This document shows positions 36,031 through 48,574 of a stretch of DNA of 64,000 nt, piece by piece. Made by a program: the position numbers and the translations under genes. The notes below the pieces were generated by a model. It searched no databases and was not told the DNA's origin. It saw only the letters and a program-made list of their open reading frames with translations. The DNA comes from Octopus bimaculoides (taxonomy: Eukaryota): contig NC_068990.1 of the NCBI RefSeq assembly GCF_001194135.2, positions 78,922,799 through 78,986,798 of the forward strand. The letters are read 5' to 3'. The stretch's first letter is position 1, and each line of letters begins with the position of its first letter.

Positions 36031-36529
36031 ACTTGTGCCACGCTACAGGTTCTTTCTGGTTTTATATACTTCTTGTCAAGGTGTGTCTTTGATAGGCGAA
36101 ATTATGTGAATGAGAAATAGTTTTGGCGTTGAAACACAGAGGAATATTTTTGGTGTTTAGGAAGCCATGGAAGGGGTGAGTCATTCTGAAGTTTAATCTT
36201 AAAGGGTTTATACATGTAACTTTACATAAAATCAAGCACACACGCACGCGCGTGTGCATATAGTATGTACATGTATATGTGCCTGTATAATTTGACCCAC
36301 GTATATATGCATCTACATGTGGTGGGGTCTGTATATATATTTACACACACGCATCTGATAAAGTGAACGCATTCTACGATTACATAATTTTTATTAGTTT
36401 GGATGTAAATCGAATTGTCATTATGTAGATATGACTTCAATTTTGTTCAGCCTTAAAGATCCTTAACATCGGTACAAGGTGAAGGCCACACATTTCTGAG
36501 GGAGACGGTACAAGGTGAAGGTCACACTG

Positions 36530-37265
36530 TCAATTAAATGAAGTACGTGGCTAATATACTTTATTCTGTTGAGCCGAGAGGAGAAGAGGTGCTCAACCGG
36601 GTCGAGATTCCAACTCATTGTTTAAGAAACGGCTGTATCATGGTTAACAAGTTTGTGAGACATTCTCCTCTATTGTAGGTCCCTCTCCTTCTCTATTTTG
36701 CTAGCATTGGTCATGGCTGGAAGCTTAGATTCCTCTTTGTCAATTTCTGGCACTGATGTCGCTTGTTCTCCTCTGTGGATTCCAAGGCTTCACCGAACTT
36801 TTTCTTCATATTTTATTTACTTATTTTTTTGAGACCCAGAGAATTTTGGTAACTTGAACTTGATGATTCTATTTCCGTTATCCTTTGTGTTTACTGCTTC
36901 TGTGGACAGAAAATTCTCGAATTGCTTTTGCTACCACATATATAGCAACTGAGCTTCCTCAGCCTCGAAAACTTCAAATAAACATTCGAACGGATTATCT
37001 GGGACAAATGTAGAAATCGCTGTGTAATCCTCTTCAAAACGTTGGACAGCAGCGCTGCCCAACCCCAATGTTCCTAGAGAGACATATTGAGAAAATTTTT
37101 CCTGGATCTTTAGTGATGTGGTCAGAAAAAAATAAAAACAAAGCATGTTGCTTAGTTCAGGTTTTTGCCATACTGACCACATTTGTGAGAAAACAGCCAA
37201 CACCAATTTCTGAGTAACGTTCGAAAACGAAGACGAATTAGAGAAATTCATGTTCGATATCACCG
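36530..37265 (-). mobile_element. Possible L1/Tx1-like ORF1 remnant plus start of an APE endonuclease
   Basis: 110-aa microsatellite-free ORF (..FEVFEAEEAQLL..GNRIIKFKLP after a stop), then TMSWNL resembling the SWNVRG start of APE; weak similarity only. Confidence 0.3.
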
Positions 37266-37736
37266 CCTTTAGACGATGAAAAGCAACTAATTAATAGCGC
37301 AATTATCACTAATGAACTCCTCACTGATTTCATTATGTCAATATTGTTTCTCTCAGGTAACTTGTGACAAAGAAGCAGAATTCTTTTGCAAGTAGCTTTT
37401 TTTTCCATTCGGTAGTTTCTGGTTTCGCAATGTTTTGTGGGTTGTAACTTTTGTTTTTGTTGTTGTTGCTGACGTCATTATGTGTAAATGTGCAAAGAGA
37501 AATCGAAAATAGTATAAGACAAGGTTTCGTTTACTTTAGTGAAAATGGAAGTCCACACTGGCTCTGGACATCTTGCTTTGGATAATTCGAAGAAAAAACA
37601 TTTCATTCACCTTGGTAACGGTAAATTATCTTAATTCCCCTAACGATTCAAGAGTAACCGAGAAAGGCGTTTTGACACCTCAGCAGCGAAGACGAGTAAC
37701 GGCAACAACAACTACAACAACAACAACAACAACAAC

Positions 37737-37797
<61 letters not shown>

Positions 37798-37800
<3 letters not shown>

Positions 37801-38145
37801 TGTGGTTAGAATAACGAAGTACGACCAAATCTAAAACATGTGGACAGAGGAAAATTAAGGAGAGCCACAGGCAAAGGCGTTTTGAGCTTGATTAAAACAG
37901 AAAACATTAGCAAAACAAACCAGCTAATTATAGCTGCTGGTAATGCTGTAGCTGATATAGTAAGATACAAGGTTTCGAACAGAATAAGCTGTCTTAATCA
38001 AATAGACAGCGACTCTTTGATGAAATAGAGAGGGACAAACATCAGGAACTGATCCCTGATGCGGAAGAAAGTATATTGGGGGAGAAAAGTAGAACAGACC
38101 AGTGAGACATAAAAGAGAATGTAGAGTAGCTAATACAAATGGATA
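37798..38145 (+). mobile_element. R4/Dong-like N-terminal region fragment following (AAT)n
   Basis: RPNLKHVDRGKLRR..LSLIKTENISKTNQLIIAAGNAVADIV; (AAT)n at 37735-37797. Confidence 0.75.
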
Positions 38146-38179
38146 CATTCCTCTTCTTCTTCTTCTTCTTCTTCTTCTT

Positions 38180-38269
<90 letters not shown>

Positions 38270-38270
<1 letters not shown>

Positions 38271-38700
38271 AAAATAGGTGGATAAACAAAAGAATGGGAT
38301 TGAGCTCAACGCTCCGATCACCACTGGTATCACTTTTACATTACCCTCTTGCATTCCATACACTCTTGCCATTTCCATCACTTTCAATTCAGAGTACTTG
38401 ATGATTTTTTTCAACCTCTTTACTCACAACATTCATGTCATCTGATATGGCTACATCAATGATCTGACAGTATTTGTCTCTCTTATTCAATTTGACAATA
38501 TCCGGCCGACGGTGTTCGATTACATGATCTGTCTGAAAATCATGGTCCCAGAGTATCGTTACTTTTCCATCCTCCTGCATAACTTTAATTGGCTCACTCT
38601 CATACCAGTTCTCTGTTACTTCATATTGGTATTTACGGCATACGAGCCAATGAAGATACACACACACTTTATCGTGTGTGTTTGTGTGTGTTCCTGATGC
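38270..38700 (-). mobile_element. R4/Dong-like RLE 3' fragment ending in (AAT)n
   Basis: DKVCVYLHWLVCRKY..NWYESEP..ILWDHDFQTDHVIEHRRPDIV..IIDVAISDD. Confidence 0.9.
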
Positions 38701-38704
38701 GGGA

Positions 38705-40255
38705 GGAAGTAAAGTATTTTGGAGAGAACTGTAGAAGAGGCCAATGAGGCATACAGAAAGTGGAGAGTGGCCGGCCAACTTGCAACTGTGCCAAGACAAC
38801 AGAAGGACAACAGAATTGATTTGTATCCAAGAAGACTGAAGTTTAAAGAAATAGCAAATTGGGAAGAACCTGTCCCGGATGGAGTAGAAGGCGATTGGCT
38901 GAGGAACCTTACAGAGTTACGTGAAAGGGTCGCTGCACACCTGGATGAATACTTGCAGCAAGATTACGTGTCTACCTGGGTGACAAGTGGACGAACGTTG
39001 TTGCAGCTCAAGGATCCCTTGGAAAGTAACTTGGCAACGAATTGTCGACCTGTAGCTTGTTTACCACTTATGTGGAAGCTTATGATCGGTGTCTTGGTGG
39101 AAAAGATGTATAATCATCCGGAAAGTAACAATTTACTTCCAGAAGAACAGAAAAGATGCTGGAAACAAAGTAAGACAACAAAAGATCACTTATTTGTTGA
39201 TAAAATGATAATTAGAAACTGTAGACACAGATTGACGGGACTGAATGTAGCATGTTAAGATTACAAAAATGTATGGAGAAAATGGTTAATAAAAGTATGA
39301 AAAATTAGAATACTGAATTGATTGGAGGAAAACGAAGACTTGGGAAAATAAACAGCAGATGTGAAATATTTCAAGGTGATAGCTTATCTCCACTTGTATT
39401 TGTTTTAACCATGATACCGCTCAGTTTGATATTGCGAAAAGTTAAAATACGATTTGGGAAAAGGATATAGTTAGATAAATCATCTCCTTTTTATGAATGA
39501 TATAATGATATACGCGAAAAATGAGAAACAGCTTGAAAGTTTTGTACATACTGTTCGAATTTTCTTAAACGATGTGAGTTTGGAATTCGGGATCGAAAAG
39601 TGAGCTATTTTGAAAATGAAACGAGGAAGATTTGAAGGAAGCCACGGAACTGGAATTCTAAATGGACAAGCAATGAAAGTGGTTGTGAAAGGACAGTGGT
39701 ATACGTATTTGGGGATACTGGAGGCTGATAAAATAAACATGAAAAGATAAAAGAAATCACCAGTAGAGAATGAGAAAATTATTACAGTCAAATTTGAATT
39801 CAAAACATATTCAAGCAATAAATACAAGAGCAGTATCCGTAATCAGATATGGAGTTGGAATTATAAACTGGACCAGAAACGACATATAGAAACTTGACAG
39901 AAAAACTAGAAAACTGTATGGAAGGTTGTACCTGAAGAAAGACCAGGGTGGAAGACGTTTAATTGCTGTAGAAGAGTGTGTGCAGATAGAAAGAAAAAGT
40001 CTATTAGAATATTTAAAGAACAGCACAGAGAAACGACTAAAGGCAGTGAATAAAGAACAGGTGATCAAGTATGGAATATGAGAAAAGGACAAGAACTAAA
40101 TTCAAAGAGAGTATGTTAAACAGATTGAAGAGAAACCTTGACATGGTCAGTTTTGGAAACAATGTGAAAATATTGACAAATGGTTGAAAGAGATTGGAAC
40201 ATAATGTCCAGTAGAACTTCTACAGAAGGGGACAGGAAAGATTTTCTGGAGAATC
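38705..40255 (+). mobile_element. R4/Dong-like RT plus thumb fragment
   Basis: PDGVEGDWL; GRTLL..NCRPVACLPLMWKL; LPEEQK; IFQGDSLSPL; INHLLFMNDI; EFGIEK; YLGILE; EKP*HGQF. Confidence 0.92.
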
Positions 40256-40259
40256 TTAA

Positions 40260-40700
40260 GCATCTGAAAGACTATTGAAAGCTTGTGGATCGCTAAGGTT
40301 CCAGGTAGTAAGCCGCTATCCACAAGGAGAAGAATTCCAACCACATTTCGTGATTCGCTACCTCAACAGCTCCTTTATAGGATCCAGTGGCTAAGGACGT
40401 CATCAGGAGGAACCACGTCTGGTTTTCCATATAGCGCAGTTTTCCATATAGCGCAATTGTATTCAGTGGTTTTGGAAGAACTAGCCATTTTCTGATAAAC
40501 ACACTGCATCTTTGTTCCATCCTTTCTACTCTACTCGAGGCTATTTCATACATTTGTAGTGGCCACATTATCCTTGGATACAGTCCAAATTGCAGTATCC
40601 AACATTTGAATTTCCCCGTTAATGTTGTTTTGTCAATCGCCTTTAGTCCTTGTTCCACTAAATAATTCTACCAGGAATAAGAACGAATCTGAGTCAAATC
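40260..40700 (-). mobile_element. HERO-like RLE non-LTR retrotransposon fragment
   Basis: LKAIDKTTLTGKFKCWILQFGLYPRIMWPLQMYEI..VERMEQ..IRKWLVLP..ALYG, typical of the HERO post-RT region; contains a 17-bp duplication at 40422-40455. Confidence 0.72.
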
Positions 40701-40739
<39 letters not shown>

Positions 40740-40741
<2 letters not shown>

Positions 40742-43700
40742 TTCATGAGAAATAATAAATTATGAAACAAAAAGGAAAATTGAAACTACACAAAATCGTT
40801 GCAAACTCTTACAAAATATAGAAAACAGGAAAACAAGTCAGCAATTGTTAGGAGGAATATATACTGAAATAATTCCGACCAAGCAGACAATGGAAAAATG
40901 ACCTAAATATAAGACAGGAAATAAATGAAGAACCAGACGAAGAGATCACCCTCCCACGAGCTTTAATTGAAAGACTGTCACCTGATCAAATCACGCCAAG
41001 GCTCGAAAAAATAAGAAACTAATGAACCTGATGAAGATAACCAAGAAACTAGTATTTGAAGACAACACACTTGCTGAAGAACACAGAGAGTCTATGATAG
41101 AAATGAAGCAGAAAATTCTGAATAAGCTTGCAGTTGTAAGACATTCAAGTATGAATGATAGAGAAGCACCGCAGAAATTGTCAAAAAAACAAATCAAAAT
41201 TTTAAAAAATCAAATAAAAATTGGCAACAAAAGAAATCCTGCAAGAATTAAAACCTGATCTTATTGAGTTAAATGAAATTATTTACGCATTTGCTAAGGC
41301 AATTGAAAGAAGTTGTATGTCTCAAAAAATAAAAACAAGCAAAAAAAAACAAAAAAAAAACAAACAATGAAAACTGGGAAGAAATCCAAACTGGAGAAGC
41401 AAAATTATAAAGAGATTGAATTAATGTGGAGAAATATCAATAGTAAATGAACTAATCTGTGGAAATTATGCATGGTGGAGAAAGACGAAGAGAAAATATG
41501 GCCTTTTATCAAGAGAACTGATATTAACAAAAGAAAGAAAAAAAATCTAAGCTCAAAAATACGAAGAATGGAGAAAGAAACAATTTTTAGTAGCAAAATA
41601 AGCTATTCACGTGAAATACAAAATCATTCTACAGAGAGATAGGGTAAGAGAAAAAATAACCATTAATGGCCCCCACCTCCAATGGAAGAAGTTGACAACT
41701 TTTGGAAAAAGATTTGAAATGATTAGAAGACATACAATGAAAATACAGACTAGATTAAACACACAGATGGATCCTACTAAAATTTAAAAGAACAATCATA
41801 GGAATGCATCATAATAGCAGACCTAAAGATGACACTCACGAAGGCTCATAAGTGGAAATTCCCCAGTAAAGACAGGTGAAAAGTTTCGCCTCGCTCCCGT
41901 TCGCACACGTAAAGTTTGTTCGGCTATTCAATGAAATTAGGAGAGATCTTAAGAAAACACCTGATTGGTTAGTAAATGGTATAACTTACCTACACTCAAA
42001 AAATAAGAAGACCAAAGTTCCGAAGAACTATCGGCCCATAACTTGTTTAACCATCACATAAAATTTCAACATCTATTCTCATGGAGAAAACATGCATTTA
42101 TGGAAGAGAACAATATTTTCCCCTTTAAACAAAAGGGGTGCCGACGCGGCTTATATGGATGCAAAGATCAACCCCTACTTAATCGCATGATCCTTGATAA
42201 CTGTTGTAACAAGCGAAGAATTTCAAGTCCGCATGGATTGATTACGAAAAGGTTTTTGACAGCATACCACATTCATGGTTTCTCAAATTGTTGGACAAGT
42301 TCAAAATTTCTCCTGTAATTTTAAACTTTTTGAAGCATAATATGTCACGAATCTCCAATTATATCATTCTAATGGAGAGTTAGCTTCAAATTATATTAGC
42401 ATCAACTGTGACATTTTCCAAGGTGATTCACTTTCACCTCTAATTTTTTGCATAGTTCTAATACCACTTACAAGTGAACTCAACAGAACAGTGTATGGCT
42501 ATAAAACTGACAAGAAAATAGGCTATCTAGTTTGTATGGATGGCTCAAAACTATATAACAAGGACAACGATGAGCTTGAAGGCTCATTACATTCACAGTC
42601 TTAATAAATATGCCAAGGCCACGTTCCAGAAAGAGAGATTGAAAAACTTCAGTCGTGTTACATGTTGACACAGTTTCAATTAAAGAACTTGAGTAAGAAA
42701 AAAAACTTATGAATACCTCGGAATAAATACAGGCACTGATATTCGGTATGCTAACACGAAAAAGAAGACGAAGAAGGAATGCATATAAAAAAAAGTGTTT
42801 CCTATAAACTCCTTAGAAGTTCCAGTTGTTATTTATAGTTTCAATGTTCTGAACTGGAATATCAGTGAAGTAAAGAAAATTGACAGAAAAATACGCAAGC
42901 TGCTGAGTTGTAATAAGATTCACCGTCCAAAGGAAGGCGTGGATCGTCTTTACCTTCCCAGAGCCGAAGGAGGTCGAGGCTTGATCCAGTTTAAACTTTC
43001 TTACAAAACCATCATCACTGGATTGGTCAAATATCTTGAAAGAACTAATGACTGGATGCTAAAACTCGTTGAAAGATACGAGAAGTGTAAGAAGCTTCAT
43101 TCTGTCTTGAAGGAAAGCAAACATTAGCAATTGATTTCATGAATGGTATTCGGGCTGAACAGCCTGAAGGACGTACGGTTGTTGCAAAGTAAGCAAAATT
43201 AATGGCAAAGAAAAATCGCACGAGAATTTGGTTTATAGGTGGAAGCAGAAACGCCTGCATGGCAGATATGTAGCCTGCTGCAAACAAGCTGATGCTGAGA
43301 AGAAGTACATCCATTAGTAGATTCGAAGCTTTAAGGTTAAAGGTAGAGGGTGAAGGATTCATCTTGGCTTCTCAAGATCAAAGCTTATTGAACCGGAACT
43401 GCCAAGCCAATGTGATGAAAAATGGTGTAGATCCAAAGTACCGATTCTGCAACGATAAGATTGAAATAGGGGACCACCTAATCTCTGGGTTTTAGCACAA
43501 ACAGAGATTAAGTGAAGATATGACAGAGTTGGAGAATATCTACACTGGTTAATATATTGGCATTATAATATCAAGTAGTATAAGCATCACCCTGAGGTTG
43601 CAACTGAGGAAGAAACTGTAACGATCCTTTGGGATTTTCCAGTACATACAACAGAACCATCAAAGCTAATAGACCGGATTTTGTCGTAAAACCCCCCAGA

Positions 43701-44170
43701 AAACTAAAGTCTGTTTATTGATTGATATTAGTATACTTTGCGATCATAATATTTCAGTGAAAGAATTAAACAAGTTTAGAAAATATAAAGATTTGCTCAT
43801 TGAAATCGAAAAAATGTGGCATCTTAAAGCAGTTACAATGCCAGTGACAGTAGGAGCATTAGGAATGTTTAAAAAAGGAATCGAAAATTATATTGAGAAT
43901 GATCTCTTGACTTACCATCCATGTAAGAAGTGCAAAAGACTATTGTAATTGGTACGTCACACGTACTGAGAAGACAATTATGAGTACGATTACCATCCGT
44001 ATTAATAATTTTTTTACCGACCACTTTATTTGATATTATAAATGAATAGTCAGGTGCAAACAGTGAGTTTCTTTGCCGTAGGTGTCGGGAAGACCCTCGA
44101 TGAGAAATAGAAAGAAAATTGAAAGAAAACTGGTTCAGATTGAACACGATCATACTTGACCGAGGGTTAA
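40740..44170 (+). mobile_element. Near-full-length (about 3.4 kb), heavily mutated R4/Dong-like element
   Basis: N-terminal region; PDWLVNGITYL..NYRPITCL; QKGCRRGLYGCKDQ; IFQGDSLSPL; DRLYLPRAEGGRGL; EGFILASQDQSL; IDISILCDHNI..KYKDLLIEIEKMW. (AAT)n lies 5' and an AAC/AAT-rich tail 3'. Confidence 0.93.
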
Positions 44171-44220
44171 ACAACTACAACAGCAACAATAACATCATAA
44201 AAATAATAAATAATAAAATA

Positions 44221-44353
44221 GGCGCATGCGTGGTTGTGTAGTAGGAAGTTTTTCCCAACTACATGGTTCCGGGTTCAGCCTCACTGCGTAGTACCTTGGA
44301 CAACCAAAGCTTTGTGAGTGGATATGGCAGACGGAAACTGAAAGAAGCCCGTC

Positions 44354-44355
<2 letters not shown>
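44221..44355 (+). mobile_element. SINE family D, 5' part
   Basis: gtggttgtgtagtaggaagttt..catggttccgggttcag..accttgg..caaagctttgtgagtggat..ggaaactgaaagaagcccgtcgta. Confidence 0.85.
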
Positions 44356-44392
<37 letters not shown>

Positions 44393-44407
44393 CAGATATA
44401 TATATAT

Positions 44408-44730
44408 AGTGAGAATTTACAAAAAACAAAAGACGAAGGCGGGTGTGTAAACAACAACAAAAAAATGTATTAGTTTAACGCTCGGGAAGTGAGAAAGTCT
44501 TTTACGTTTCGAGCCTACGTTCTTCGAAAGAAAGGAACACAGAAATAAACAGGAGAGAAAATAAAAAAAGGTTTAGTGGCTAGCGATCTATCATGGTCAA
44601 TACATTACGGCCGTTTGCAACGCCTCCTTTAATTGATTAATGAAAACATTACATCATTGTAAAGAAACCGTTTTCGTCAAACGAATTCATGAACTTCAAA
44701 ATAAAGAACATTCAGAGTTATTTAACATAG
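44408..44730 (-). mobile_element. (TA)n-anchored dispersed repeat, probably a Penelope-like terminal repeat
   Basis: Second copy in the opposite orientation at 54820-54985; both abut (TA)n and carry GA(G/A)C-GTAG-GCTC-GAAACGT. Confidence 0.55.
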
Positions 44731-46120
44731 TTTAAAATCCACGGAGCAAAAACATTTACAGTGATTCTACTACTATTTCAGGATGGATTTACAAGATGGA
44801 TTTACCAGAATAGTGTATATTTGATCAGAACAGAGAAATTTAGAGGTTAATATTTTTCCTTCTAACAAGAGAAGTGGGAGCGGCTCCATTAGTCCAGGTC
44901 TATTTATTAAGGAGTTGTTCAATGTCTACTGATCAGAGTTAAGAAAATGACTTGTGGTCAAGTTAACCTATTAAACTATCTAGGTCGTTTATGACGGAAC
45001 CAATATACAAGCTTTATCTCCAGAAGTCAAGGCAAAGGGTAGTAACAAGGAAGTAAGGGATAGGAGAGAGAGAGGATGAGGGGAAGAAGAAAGACAGAAA
45101 GCTGACCAACTGTTACTAAGACTTTGAAGGATAATGTAATAAGGGTTATGGGGGCAAAGCTCTAAACTATGACTGGGAATCATTGAATGGGAACAAAAGA
45201 ACCTACTAAAATTTAGCAGAGATATAATAATATAGCAATCAGAGCAATCAAAAATTAAATATAGGTAAATAATTAAAAGGTGAGAAAAAGATGATTTAAG
45301 ATATAAAAGTGTTAAGGAAATTAGAATTTTAAAGAAATATAGGGTATATAAATGATATTAGAGTAAAAATGAAGATATATGAAATTTTTTGAAGGAGATA
45401 CCAATAAAATAAAAGGAAAAACATACGCACCAGTTACGGGAGGGAAACGGTAAGACACATTAAATATTATTTAATATAAGGTAAATAATTTTAAATATTT
45501 AAAATATATAAAGAAGTGTATTCAGATATAAACATCAAAAGACATAAAGCATATAAAAATATGTAAAAGGTAAAAATATATAAATATTATAAAATTATAT
45601 AAGAATTATAAAAAAGTTATTAATAAAAATAAAAAATAAATAAAAGGATAATGAAATAAAATAAAAACAAAATCTAGAATCGAAGAAGAACAGAAATAGT
45701 TTTCGACAACATCAAAAAATAATCGTCAAAATAAATGGAATTACGTTTGGAGAAAGAAGCAAAAGATATTTCGAGAACAAAAGAAAGAGCCGAAAAGAAT
45801 GCATCAAAGCATTTTTTTCCGATGTTCTTCTAATTCTTCTACTTGCCGTCCTACACAAAATATAATAACAACGACAATAATAATTACCAAGATTCATAAA
45901 CTGGGAAATCTCATGAGGTTAAGCTTCTCTTCAGAAGACGGAATAATAGTCGGGCAATGATTGTCTTGATTCCTTTAATATAGAAAACAAATGTTTGTTG
46001 TGTGTCCAAGGTTTAACTAATAAACGCATTTTAACTATAGACACATTTTGCGCCAACCTTTCACTAGACATACATTACTACAATCATGTTTATCTTGGCG
46101 CGTGTGTATGCCATATATGA

Positions 46121-46430
46121 TGGACTCTTCCGTCGGTTTCGACATATGAGGCTCCGACAACGTATTCTTTCTTTGTCAGTCAATGCTTCTGTCGAATGTG
46201 ACATTTAAGTCCCACCAACGATTTACAAAGAAGGCTACAGATGCTGCAAGTTTGAGGATTACAGGTCAGTGTAGATGGTATATTTGCAGCCGTCTTTCTC
46301 CTTCGTCTTGCACCCCGAAGCCTGTTAATGCTGGTTGCAACAAAGCTTTTAATACCATTTTGACACAACGATATCCATTTTGTTTGTACCAAGGTTGTTC
46401 GCTCAAAGATGTGAGCTATATTCATCTCTA
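46121..46430 (-). mobile_element. RTE-clade LINE 3' end
   Basis: RTTLVQTKWISLCQNGIKSF..RRRRK..TCSICSLLCKSLVGLKCHIR* (RTE C-terminal C2H2-like), plus a short tail. Confidence 0.8.
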
Positions 46431-46868
46431 AGAGGTTACTCTTCAGCTTGTCCTTATATCTGAGCCATGGTCGACCAACATTCTTGTGCCTACCCNNNNN
46501 NNNNNNNNNNNNNNNNNNNNNNNNNNNNNNNNNNNNNNNNNNNNNNNNNNNNNNNNNNNNNNNNNNNNNNNNNNNNNNNNNNNNNNNNNNNNNNNNNNNN
46601 NNNNNNNNNNNNNNNNNNNNNNNNNNNNNNNNNNNNNNNNNNNNNNNNNNNNNNNNNNNNNNNNNNNNNNNNNNNNNNNNNNNNNNNNNNNNNNNNNNNN
46701 NNNNNNNNNNNNNNNNNNNNNNNNNNNNNNNNNNNNNNNNNNNNNNNNNNNNNNNNNNNNNNNNNNNNNNNNNNNNNNNNNNNNNNNNNNNNNNNNNNNN
46801 NNNNNNNNNNNNNNNNNNNNNNNNNNNNNNNNNNNNNNNNNNNNNNNNNNNNNNNNNNNNNNNNNNNA

Positions 46869-47110
46869 TATTTAAAAGATAAAGGTGTCAAATTACAACA
46901 TCCATTGGAAGCTCTTAGCCAAGTGTAAACCCTACACCAACGGCAGTGGAAAGTGCAGTCTTTGTGATATGGAAAGATGGCTCATCTGGAAAAGCAGCTT
47001 AGACCCTGCCACATGTCTAAATTCAAGAACTGAACTTTTCGGATCATGCCCACATGTGGCTAAATATTTGTTACGTTTTTGGTCCCCTGAGATTACAGAT
47101 AGGACTTGCT
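46869..47110 (+). mobile_element. Penelope-like element, GIY-YIG endonuclease C-terminus
   Basis: LKDKG(V)..NIHWKLLAKCKPYTNGSGKCSLCDMERWLI..LNSRTELFGSCPH..KYLL. Confidence 0.85.
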
Positions 47111-47639
47111 TTCTATATTGTGTCCACATACAAGCTTTTTATCTCTCTATACTTTTTACTTATATTTCTTATATATTTTTTATATACTTTTTTTTACATA
47201 TTTATAGAGTTGTTGGTTTATAGTTTTATTGCTCATTTATTTTTTTACACATATTTTTTCTGTATTCTACCTTCCACCCTGCATTTTTCCTGTGCGTGCA
47301 TAAACGTGTATATGGAATTTTTTGTGCGCGCGTGTGGATGTGTGCGTGTGCGCGAGTATATGCGTATATAGACGTGTTTTAGTCTTATTGTTTATTTTTT
47401 ACACTTTTTAACACATTTTTCTGTATTTTGCCTTTAGCCCTGTTTTTTCTTGTGCATGTGCGTATATAGACGTGTGTATGAACCTTCTTTGTGCGCGTGT
47501 GTGTGTTTGTGTGTGTGCAAGCGTGTATGCGGGTATGTATATATTATTTTGGTGAATGTGTCAACCTCGGCGGGTTTTGAACTCGGAACGGCATTTCGTC
47601 CGGCGTGCCGCTTTAGAATAACATTAATATTGCATTGAA

Positions 47640-48290
47640 GACAGCGAGCTGGAAGAATCTTTAGCATGCCGGAGGTAATGCTTAGCGGCATTTCGTCCGG
47701 CTTTACGTGCTGAGTTCAAATTCCACTGCGATCGACTTTACCTTTCAAACTTTGGCGGTTGATAAGACCAGCTGAATACTGGGGTTGATCTAATCACCCC
47801 CCCACCAACCCCGAAATTGCTGGCCTTGTGCCAAAATATGAAACCAATATTTTATTGAAGGTAATAATGTTCTATTATTATTATTATTTCGATTTTAGGG
47901 TGACGAGCTGGCAGAGTCGTTAGCACATCGGGCGAAATGCTTAGCGGTATTTCGTTTGTCTTTACGTTCTGAGTTCAAATTCCGCCGAGGTCGACTTTGC
48001 CTCTCATCCTTTCGGGATCGATAAATTAAGTACCAGTTACGTACTGGGGTCGATCTAAGCAACTGCCCCCCTCCTCCAAAATTTTGGGCCTTGTACCTCG
48101 AGTAGAAAAGATTATTATTTTTATTTTACTTAAAGCGGTGAGCTGGCAGAATGGTTAGAAATGCTTAGCGGTATTTCGCCTGCCGCTACGATAAATTAAG
48201 TACCAGTGAAACACTGGGATCGATGTTATCGACTAGTCTCCTCCCTTAAAAAAATTTTAGGCCGTGTGCCTAGAGTAGAAAGGACTATTT
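47640..48290 (+). mobile_element. Three head-to-tail SINE family C copies
   Basis: Heads gcgagctggaagaatc (47644), gacgagctggcagagtc (47902) and ggtgagctggcagaatg (48138), separated by ATT-rich linkers. Confidence 0.9.
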
Positions 48291-48299
48291 CTATTTTAC

Positions 48300-48445
48300 T
48301 TCTCAGAGCTCTCGATTTCACTTGCTCTGGTTAAATCCTTCAGAGCTAACAGCAACTTGCTATCAAAGTCTCTTTCCACAATACTTAATACTCTAGCACC
48401 AATCTCAAAATCCTCGCTGTCCTCAATAGAAAAGTTATTGTGAGC
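48300..48445 (-). mobile_element. Short R4/Dong-like extreme 3' fragment
   Basis: LLRTARILRLVLEY*, similar to the end of the 19310-19760 copy. Confidence 0.55.
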
Positions 48446-48494
48446 ATGTTCTACCTACCTACCTACCTACCTACCTACCTACCTACCTACCTAC

Positions 48495-48574
<80 letters not shown>

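Noticed and set aside
44750-45900. A-rich strand-asymmetric tract (similar tract at 9840-10700)
   Set aside because: Probably an ancient LINE remnant, but no motif supports a call
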